The notes beneath the pieces are model-generated. The model had not been told where the DNA came from, did no database searches, and was given only the letters and a program-made list of their open reading frames with translations. Of a stretch of DNA of 45,642 nt, positions 23,578 through 29,683 are shown in pieces. The stretch's first letter is position 1, and every line of letters begins with the position of its first letter. The DNA comes from a virus, in the IMG/VR virus record IMGVR_UViG_3300045391_001310, positions 1 through 45,642 of that record, one strand, 5' to 3'. The translations under genes were made by a program, and so were the position numbers.

Positions 23578-24522
23578 TTAATTTGCTTTTGTGTCAAGTT
23601 TATTATTTTCATATTCCATTATCCATTTCCCGATAACATACGTTGAGCAAGGTGTTTGGCCGTTTCCGAGCATTTTAAGTCTGTGTATCCTATGGGTAAT
23701 CCCATTAGCCACTCGACCCACTCTGGATTCAACTGACCACCAATTTTTAAAGGGATTGATTTCCCATCCACACATTCTTTCAAGCCTTGAGTCTGTGGTG
23801 TCGGCCATAATCCTGCTTCCACCATTGCTACTTGATTGTTTATATGTAGAGGTAGCCCCTTCTTGTATCTCCTCTGAATATTTTTCACTTTCATTGCTCC
23901 TCTTGTGCAACTCGCATCTGGTGTTCTCCATAGGTGCATATTGCTCACTTGGTCTCTTAAATTCGCTGGTTTGCTTCTTCCTTTCCGAGAGACTTCCGCT
24001 TCTTTCTTCAATGCTTTCTCGCTTTTTGGTGGCAAGCTGTCCATCGTGTTTGGAGTAGCAAACAATCCAAAGGCGCTCTCTTTTGTGCCACGCTCCGAGT
24101 GAGTGAGATGAAAATACAATCGGCCAGCAGATGTAACCTTCACCCTCCAAATCAAATAATACAGTGTCGAGATAAATAGGGATGATACCAGGAACATTTT
24201 CGCAAATGACCCATCTCGGTTTAACATCTTTAATGATTCTAAACATCTCTGGCCAGAGGTTACGGTCATCGTCTTTTCCATTTTGCTTTCCTGCAACGGA
24301 AAAAGGCTGGCATGGAAATCCACCTGTGATGATGTCAACTTTTTTAAGCTCTTTGCCATTTAATTCCTTTATGTTTCTATATTTATTTGAATCGGGATAA
24401 CGTAACTCTAAAATCTTCTGACAATATTCATCAATCTCACATTGCCAAGAAATTTCCATACCAGCCATAAGAAAACCAAAATCTCCTAATCCACCACCAG
24501 AAAATAAACTTCCTATATTCAT
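23578..24522 (-). CDS. dcm: DNA (cytosine-5)-methyltransferase (frame A, 314 aa)
   Basis: The motifs are: I FSGGGLGDFG, IV GGFPCQPFS, VI ENVPG, VIII HKRERLWIV, and the C-terminal WWSVESRVGRVANG..RLKMLGNGQTP. The ATG is at 24522; the track start at 24540 is a TTG. Confidence 0.9.
   Translation of the reverse strand: MNIGSLFSGGGLGDFGFLMAGMEISWQCEIDEYCQKILELRYPDSNKYRNIKELNGKELKKVDIITGGFPCQPFSVAGKQNGKDDDRNLWPEMFRIIKDVKPRWVICENVPGIIPIYLDTVLFDLEGEGYICWPIVFSSHSLGAWHKRERLWIVCYSKHDGQLATKKRESIEERSGSLSERKKQTSEFKRPSEQYAPMENTRCELHKRSNESEKYSEEIQEGATSTYKQSSSNGGSRIMADTTDSRLERMCGWEINPFKNWWSVESRVGRVANGITHRIHRLKMLGNGQTPCSTYVIGKWIMEYENNKLDTKAN
23619..24359 (-). CDS. Nested +1-frame ORF (frame B, 246 aa) that reads like an MTase target-recognition / motif-IX region
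   Basis: It has its own ATG, preceded by AAGGA. It contains LFATPNTMD, LWRTPDAS, LWPTPQTQGLKEC and LNPEWVEWLMGLPIGYTDL..SET, and ends RMLSGNG. It lies entirely inside frame A. Confidence 0.4.
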   Translation of the reverse strand: MAKSLKKLTSSQVDFHASLFPLQESKMEKTMTVTSGQRCLESLKMLNRDGSFAKMFLVSSLFISTLYYLIWRVKVTSAGRLYFHLTHSERGTKESAFGLFATPNTMDSLPPKSEKALKKEAEVSRKGRSKPANLRDQVSNMHLWRTPDASCTRGAMKVKNIQRRYKKGLPLHINNQVAMVEAGLWPTPQTQGLKECVDGKSIPLKIGGQLNPEWVEWLMGLPIGYTDLKCSETAKHLAQRMLSGNG

Positions 24523-24524
24523 TT

Positions 24525-24764
24525 TTAAATTAATCTCCAAACATCTTCCCTTGTTTCTCCATACCCACGGAATCTTTTTTCTTGATCAGTTAATCTTCTT
24601 ATCTTCCCTTCCTGTCCTAACTGTCTGCATATCCTATCTGCTGTATTACAGTAGATACTTGTACCAAAGGCAATAACCTCGCTTGTTCGTGCGAATTCTT
24701 TTTCTTTTAGCCAAACTTCTATTTGTTCTTTTTTAGATAGTTTGTTGGCGTAAAGTTCTAGCAT
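24525..24764 (-). CDS. Small winged-helix-like protein (79 aa)
   Basis: The ATG at 24764 is preceded by a perfect AAGGAGG. Confidence 0.5.
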   Translation of the reverse strand: MLELYANKLSKKEQIEVWLKEKEFARTSEVIAFGTSIYCNTADRICRQLGQEGKIRRLTDQEKRFRGYGETREDVWRLI

Positions 24765-25461
24765 TTTCTTCCTCCTTTTGTTTTTCCCATCCATTGATTG
24801 TTTCTAATGGATTTTCTATTCTTGGTGTTCCTTTTTTAGCTTGGTTGCTAGGTATTCCATTTTTATTAATCCAGCTTAAAATTGTATGATAGTGGCTTTT
24901 ATATTTAGTTCCTTTAGAGCCTATATAATCATTCAAGTTACAAACCATTTTATTAAAAACATCCACTCCCAATCTTTCACACAACATATCTCTCTCATCT
25001 GAAGTCAAGTATACAAAATCTAAGAATTTAAGCTTTAACACTCGCTTCTCTTTAATATTCTCTATCTCCTTCTCTTTCTCTATCTCTATTGGAGTATCGA
25101 TACTCTTACTATACAGTATAGATACGGTATCTATAGAGTATCCAATCTTATTTAAACATTTATTAATAGGTAAAACCATCTTTTCGGATATAACATCTCC
25201 ATATTGAAAGTCTATAAACTTTATTATAAACCACTTATCTAATACTTTAATTACCTTATTATTAAAAACATCTAAACACTCATCTTCTATGTATTTTTCG
25301 TTTAACAGCTTAGAAACAGTTTTTAAATTCGGATCAAATATTCCAGCTGTATCACATTTTGTTAATATATAAAACCAAAGAACCTTGTATTTAGTTGGTA
25401 AGTCTAAAAACCAGTCTTTATCCCAAACAGAACCATCTATGAATCTCTTAGCCAAGCTCAA
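24733..25461 (-). CDS. Replisome organiser / DnaD-like replication initiation protein
   Basis: The N-terminus F.DGSVWDKDWFLDLPTKYKVLWFYILTKCD.AGIF is a typical phage replisome-organiser start. The C-terminus is YKSHYHTILSWINKNG. Confidence 0.6.
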   Translation of the reverse strand: MSLAKRFIDGSVWDKDWFLDLPTKYKVLWFYILTKCDTAGIFDPNLKTVSKLLNEKYIEDECLDVFNNKVIKVLDKWFIIKFIDFQYGDVISEKMVLPINKCLNKIGYSIDTVSILYSKSIDTPIEIEKEKEIENIKEKRVLKLKFLDFVYLTSDERDMLCERLGVDVFNKMVCNLNDYIGSKGTKYKSHYHTILSWINKNGIPSNQAKKGTPRIENPLETINGWEKQKEEENARTLRQQTI

Positions 25462-25807
25462 CTCCTTTAAATTGTCTTTTAAGGTAATATTTACTATAAG
25501 TTAGACAATCTTCTTTATATTCATGTTTTCTTAGTTTTTGATAGATAATTAAATCATCGTTATCTTCTTTAATATTTTTAGCTAAACTATTCTTTTGGTT
25601 TTCTACTTTATTTTTATCATTATAAAAACTAGAATGTAGCTCTGGTTTAAAGTATTCATCTTCTAACTCAAAATAATCTAAAATGTTTAAACCTACTCTT
25701 AATTTATGATATTGAGGCAAATTAATTAATTCCACTAAATCTAAACGATTACCATAATAAGAATCGCTATTTGCAATATAAGGTCTGTTTTTAAAATAAG
25801 TTTTCAT
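25448..25807 (-). CDS. First leftward gene, hypothetical (119 aa)
   Basis: An ATG-initiated ORF directly downstream of the structured leader. Confidence 0.55.
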   Translation of the reverse strand: MKTYFKNRPYIANSDSYYGNRLDLVELINLPQYHKLRVGLNILDYFELEDEYFKPELHSSFYNDKNKVENQKNSLAKNIKEDNDDLIIYQKLRKHEYKEDCLTYSKYYLKRQFKGVELG

Positions 25808-25815
25808 AAATAAAA

Positions 25816-25873
25816 AATCCCCCAGTGTTTAGACATGACTCTAAACATTACTCCGCTAGAAGTCTGGGGGATT
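25816..25873 (-). promoter_or_regulatory. Leader hairpin 1 (10-bp stem AATCCCCCAG/CTGGGGGATT with a nested 7-bp hairpin); it sequesters the G-rich Shine-Dalgarno-like element of gene 25807
   Basis: 25816-25825 pairs with 25864-25873. The inner hairpin is GTTTAGA(25827-33)/TCTAAAC(25840-46). On the minus strand the stem is followed by TTTTATTTATG. Confidence 0.55.
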
Positions 25874-25880
25874 AATAAAA

Positions 25881-25909
25881 AAACCAATCCTCGGCGAGAA
25901 AATTGGTTT
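25881..25909 (-). terminator. Leader hairpin 2: intrinsic-terminator-like (AAACCAAT/ATTGGTTT followed by a T-run on the minus strand)
   Basis: 25881-25888 pairs with 25902-25909. The minus-strand read-out ends ...ATTGGTTTTTTTATT. Confidence 0.5.
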
Positions 25910-25962
25910 ATCTTTTTATATTCATTTGTCATGTTTTATCCTCTAGCGTAATTTCTATTCGT

Positions 25963-25990
25963 ATTATATAAAACAGACGGTATTTGTAAA
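25963..25990 (-). promoter_or_regulatory. Sigma70-like leftward promoter (TTTACA, 16-nt spacer, TATAAT)
   Basis: On the minus strand the -35 TTTACA is at 25990-25985 and the -10 TATAAT is at 25968-25963. It lies about 150 nt upstream of the first leftward ATG. Confidence 0.5.
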
Positions 25991-26213
25991 GAAAAAAATA
26001 AATTATTTTTGACTAGCATAAAAACGTAAAAAAAGCTATAGAACCAGGGTATAATAATAAATGAAAAAATATTAAATAATTCTTTCTTTATTTTTTGTTT
26101 GTAGTATATTTGCGCTAGATAAATATTAAACAGAGGCTAAATATGAACAGACCGACACAAAAAACCAATCTAAAAAATGGGTTCTGGTTTCAATGTTTAG
26201 CCTTTTTATTTAT

Positions 26214-26480
26214 ATGAAAACTAGAATATTATATCAAGATCACAAATCAAAAGAGTGTAGCCTTTGCGATAATATTTTACCCTTATCTAGTTTTAATTTA
26301 TCATCTTCTCATAAGAACAAAAAAGCTGATACCTGTATAGGCTGCATGAAACAAACCAGGTCATTATCACATAACCTAACTTTAAAAGAAAGACGAGCCA
26401 TTGTAAGATCACAGATTAGACAAGTAAGGTCTCATGGACATTTAGAGGTTATGGATTGTTATGAGGACTGCCTTGTTTAA
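26214..26480 (+). CDS. Early small Cys-cluster (zinc-finger-like) protein
   Basis: Sequence MKTRILYQDHKSKECSLCDN....CIGC. The start was chosen at the second in-frame ATG. Confidence 0.45.
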   Translation: MKTRILYQDHKSKECSLCDNILPLSSFNLSSSHKNKKADTCIGCMKQTRSLSHNLTLKERRAIVRSQIRQVRSHGHLEVMDCYEDCLV

Positions 26481-26496
26481 GGTTTTATGCATAATT

Positions 26497-26718
26497 ATGG
26501 TTAAATTAATTAAAAACCTAGTTAGAAAAGTAATCCCAAAGCGTAGATTAAAGGTTCAACTTATTCATTCTCATAAATACTGGCGCTTAGTAGGGGCAAA
26601 TGGTGAGATTTTAGCACATAGCGAGATATACAGCACTAATCAAAAAGCCTTACAAACTGCTTTAATAGTGGCCGATTCAGGTGGTTTTAGGTATGAGGTA
26701 TTAAACTTCGAGAAGTAA
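26497..26718 (+). CDS. YegP/DUF1508-like small protein
   Basis: The motif ..YWRLVGANGEILAHSEIYSTNQKALQTALIV.. matches the pattern (f)rL.a.NGe.ia.Se.Y.s...a. The start is uncertain; the alternative is 26461. Confidence 0.5.
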   Translation: MVKLIKNLVRKVIPKRRLKVQLIHSHKYWRLVGANGEILAHSEIYSTNQKALQTALIVADSGGFRYEVLNFEK

Positions 26719-26741
26719 GGTTTTTTATATAGGACAGTTTT

Positions 26742-27011
26742 ATGGAAGAAGATTTACAAACTATTGAAATTAAAGAAGATATAAAGAATTCGCCAATTAA
26801 ACAGCGTTGTATCTATAAAAGCTGGTATTGGATAGAGAAGTTTTTTGATAATCCAAAGATTAAGTGCAAGGACAAAGCATATCTAGCTGTTAAGGTAGCA
26901 ACTAAGGATATGCCTACTGATTTAGAAGGTAGCTTGAACGTAAACGTAACGCTAGCAGACCTATTAAGAAATGCAGAACAATTTAGAAGAGTTACGCCAT
27001 CGGTTAATTAG
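26742..27011 (+). CDS. Hypothetical; possible small terminase subunit, by position only
   Basis: An 89-aa ORF immediately upstream of TerL and overlapping it. Confidence 0.25.
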   Translation: MEEDLQTIEIKEDIKNSPIKQRCIYKSWYWIEKFFDNPKIKCKDKAYLAVKVATKDMPTDLEGSLNVNVTLADLLRNAEQFRRVTPSVN

Positions 27012-28392
27012 TAATGGGACTACAAATCCTGTTGGGTTAGCTAAGAGTTTCTTTAATTCTGTTCTTTGGCAAAAGCAAGAGGAAATTATAGAGTCAGTTT
27101 GGAACAATCCCCGAACTGCGGTTAAGAGCTGTAATAGCGGTGGGAAGTCTCACGTTGCTAGTATTATAGCTGTACTATACTTATTGGCTTTTAGACCTTC
27201 AAGGGTTATTACAACAGCCCCTACCTTTACACAAGTTCAAGAGATACTTTGGAAAGAGATTCATTCTATATACCATCGATGTAATTGGCCTATAGGTGGA
27301 ACACTCAATCAGACAAGCCTTGAGCTTGGTGTCATTGATGGAAAGCCATGGGACGCCATGGGAATATCTACTAATGAGGTTAATAGATTCCAAGGGTTTA
27401 AAAGCCCGCATTTGTTAGTTATACTTGATGAGGCTTTAGGTATAGCTCCTGAGATATGGGAGGCTATGGAAGGGTTACAGCCACATAGGATACTCGCTTT
27501 AGGAAACCCTTTAGAGCCAGAAGGTGACTTTTATAAGTGTTTCAATAGTCCACTGTGGCATAAGATTACAATAGACGGTTTGGATGCGGTTAAATGGCAA
27601 CAGAAGCATGGTAAGATACCAGGGCTTATAAGTTTAGAGTGGATGGAAGAACGGGCTGAGGATTGGGGTAAGGGTAGTCCTTTATACATGGCTAGATGCA
27701 GAGGTGAGTTTCCCGAAGAAACAGCCTCAACGCTTATAAGTAGAGTTTGGGTAGATAGAGCTAGAAAAGGGTTGGGACAGGATGGTAAGCCGTTAGATGA
27801 TGATATTGAAGAGGATTCGGTTAAAGTTGTTGCTGCGGATATAGCAACCAAGCATGGGGAAAACGAAACGGTATTAGGTTATAGATATGGTCATACGATT
27901 AAAGAGATTAAAGGATTTTATCGGATAACGACATTTGATGCTACAGATAGAATAGCGGTTTATTGGTCAAGTAAGAAAGCTAATACGGTTGTGGTTGATT
28001 CGGATGGTGTTGGTGAGGGTGTCAGTGATGGTCTTACGGCTAAACACATACCAGTTACAGAGTTTCATGGTGGGTATGGTCATAAGGCAATGGAGCAGAT
28101 TAAGTTTAGAAATTTAAGGACGCAGTTTTATTGGTTAATAGCTAAGAAGTTTGAGAAGGGTTTATATAATCTTAAACATTTACCAGATAAAGAATACGAG
28201 ATTTTGAAAAATCAGTTGTGTAGTATAAAGCAGAAAGCGCCAGATTCAATGGGTAGGTTGCAGATAGAGACTAAAGAAGATTTAATGGCTAGGGGTATTA
28301 AGAGTCCTGATTTTGCAGATTGTTTTATGATGTTAGAGTATGGTAATTATATGAGTAGATTTCAAGAGTTAAGACCTTATAATTATAGATAG
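26971..28392 (+). CDS. terL: Terminase large subunit
   Basis: It has a Walker A-like CNSGGKSH and a Walker B LLVILDEA. The C-terminal nuclease-type acidic motifs are VVAADIA..GENETV, VVVDSDGVGEGV and DFADCF. Confidence 0.85.
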   Translation: MQNNLEELRHRLISNGTTNPVGLAKSFFNSVLWQKQEEIIESVWNNPRTAVKSCNSGGKSHVASIIAVLYLLAFRPSRVITTAPTFTQVQEILWKEIHSIYHRCNWPIGGTLNQTSLELGVIDGKPWDAMGISTNEVNRFQGFKSPHLLVILDEALGIAPEIWEAMEGLQPHRILALGNPLEPEGDFYKCFNSPLWHKITIDGLDAVKWQQKHGKIPGLISLEWMEERAEDWGKGSPLYMARCRGEFPEETASTLISRVWVDRARKGLGQDGKPLDDDIEEDSVKVVAADIATKHGENETVLGYRYGHTIKEIKGFYRITTFDATDRIAVYWSSKKANTVVVDSDGVGEGVSDGLTAKHIPVTEFHGGYGHKAMEQIKFRNLRTQFYWLIAKKFEKGLYNLKHLPDKEYEILKNQLCSIKQKAPDSMGRLQIETKEDLMARGIKSPDFADCFMMLEYGNYMSRFQELRPYNYR

Positions 28393-28398
28393 GTAACT

Positions 28399-28767
28399 AT
28401 GCCATTCAAAAAAGGACATAAGGGATATAAAACAAGTTCTAGATTCAAACCAGGACATAGGTTAAATATTGGTAAAGTTAGATTAGATATGGTTGGGGAA
28501 AATAACCATGATTGGAAGGGCGATAATGCTGGTTATGCAGCTAAACATGATTGGATAAGAAATCATTATGGTAAAGCTAAAGAATGTCAAAATTTAGATT
28601 GTAATTATAATAAGATACCAAAGAGATATGAATGGGCTGATGTTAGCGGAGAATGCATAAGAAATATAAATAATTTTATTCAACTTTGTTGTTCATGCCA
28701 TAGACAGTTTGATTCTGGTAAAATAAGTATAAAGGTTAAACCAGATAAAATAGGTGTGGCGGTATGA
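28399..28767 (+). CDS. HNH endonuclease (terminase-associated position)
   Basis: The motifs are ..NHDWKGDNAGY.AKHDWIR...C....C......NN.IQLCCSCHRQFD. Confidence 0.8.
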   Translation: MPFKKGHKGYKTSSRFKPGHRLNIGKVRLDMVGENNHDWKGDNAGYAAKHDWIRNHYGKAKECQNLDCNYNKIPKRYEWADVSGECIRNINNFIQLCCSCHRQFDSGKISIKVKPDKIGVAV

Positions 28768-28853
28768 ACACTTTAGGAATAGTTTTTTTGTTTGTGGTAG
28801 TGATAATCGCTATTGCTTGGGGCAATGACGATGATAATGGAGATTATATTTAG
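28764..28853 (+). CDS. Tiny TM peptide (29 aa)
   Basis: Sequence MNTLGIVFLFVVVIIAIAWGNDDDNGDYI, with ATGA overlap. Confidence 0.3.
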   Translation: MNTLGIVFLFVVVIIAIAWGNDDDNGDYI

Positions 28854-28865
28854 AAAGGGTGAAGA

Positions 28866-29276
28866 ATGAAAATCATTCCACTGGGGGATCGAATTTTAGT
28901 TAAAAGACGTACCGTAGGGGAGAAGTTAGGGACAAGTGGCTTATTGGTCTCAGCTGATGTTACTAAGGATAGGCCAACAGATTTAGCTGATGTAGTTAAG
29001 ATACCGGATCATAGTTTTGGGGACGAACAGTTAATTAATAATGCAGCTGCGATTATTACATCATTAACTACAAAAGCATTTGAAGGTGATGCAGAAGCGT
29101 TAAGAGCGTTGATTGATTTTAATTTGTTTTTAAAGATTAAAAGTATTAAACCAGGTGATACTGTGATGATTAGCAAATACATTGGGACGGATTTTAATAC
29201 GCAAGATAGCCAAGAATTAATAACTTTAGTTCGTGGCGATGATATTATGTGCATTTTGAAAGAGGATAAGAAATGA
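28866..29276 (+). CDS. groES: GroES-like co-chaperonin (Cpn10) with a ~45-aa internal insertion
   Basis: IIPLGDRILVKRRTVGEKLGTSGLLV aligns with the GroES start IRPLHDRVIVKR.E.E.K.aGGI. The C-terminal IKPGDTVMISKY.G......QELITLVRGDDIMCIL aligns with VKVGD.V.f..y.G......e.l.m.e.DILA. Confidence 0.7.
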   Translation: MKIIPLGDRILVKRRTVGEKLGTSGLLVSADVTKDRPTDLADVVKIPDHSFGDEQLINNAAAIITSLTTKAFEGDAEALRALIDFNLFLKIKSIKPGDTVMISKYIGTDFNTQDSQELITLVRGDDIMCILKEDKK

Positions 29277-29377
29277 CCGACCCGATAGACTTTACTAATA
29301 TTTGTTGTGGTATATCAATGTTAATGTTAGGTGTAAGTTTATTTATTCTAGCTCTAAAATCACATGGAGGTAAATAA
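29273..29377 (+). CDS. Tiny TM peptide (34 aa)
   Basis: Sequence MTDPIDFTNICCGISMLMLGVSLFILALKSHGGK, with ATGA overlap. Confidence 0.3.
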   Translation: MTDPIDFTNICCGISMLMLGVSLFILALKSHGGK

Positions 29378-29475
29378 TGAATATTATAGGTAACTTTATT
29401 AAATATAATTTCGGTTTCTTTATTTGCTTTTTAGCGTTATTAATAACCTGTGTAGCTTATATGATTTGGGGATAA
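29377..29475 (+). CDS. Tiny TM peptide (32 aa)
   Basis: Sequence MNIIGNFIKYNFGFFICFLALLITCVAYMIWG, with TAATG overlap. Confidence 0.3.
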   Translation: MNIIGNFIKYNFGFFICFLALLITCVAYMIWG

Positions 29476-29476
29476 T

Positions 29477-29683
29477 ATGATTAATGATGATAATATTATT
29501 TTTCAAGTATCAAATGATGGCAATGCAATGAAGGTTGAATTTAATCCCAAATATTCTTTACAAGTAGGTAGTTTAGCAGTTCGTTTAGCAAGCTTACAAT
29601 TAGATAACGCAATTATAGGCGCAGGACAAAAGCCAACAAGCCCAATCGTCATGCCACAGAGTATATTGGAAAGGCTTAAATAA
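29477..29683 (+). CDS. Hypothetical small protein upstream of the portal
   Basis: A 68-aa ORF, tightly coupled to its neighbours. Confidence 0.5.
   Translation: MINDDNIIFQVSNDGNAMKVEFNPKYSLQVGSLAVRLASLQLDNAIIGAGQKPTSPIVMPQSILERLK

Noticed and set aside
23591-24058. 155-aa plus-strand ORF antisense to the methyltransferase gene (also 23905..24102 and 24182..24400).
   Set aside because: The Leu/Ser-rich translation is typical of an antisense shadow frame. I interpret it as a by-product of the stop-codon depletion imposed by the two sense frames. It is used only as supporting evidence for that finding.
26009-26124. Rightward promoter candidates: TTGACT at 26009, TATAAT at 26050, and TTGTTT-18-ATAAAT at 26095-26124.
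   Set aside because: The spacing between the good hexamers is wrong (35 nt), and the correctly spaced pair is weak. A rightward promoter must exist in this region, but I cannot place it confidently.
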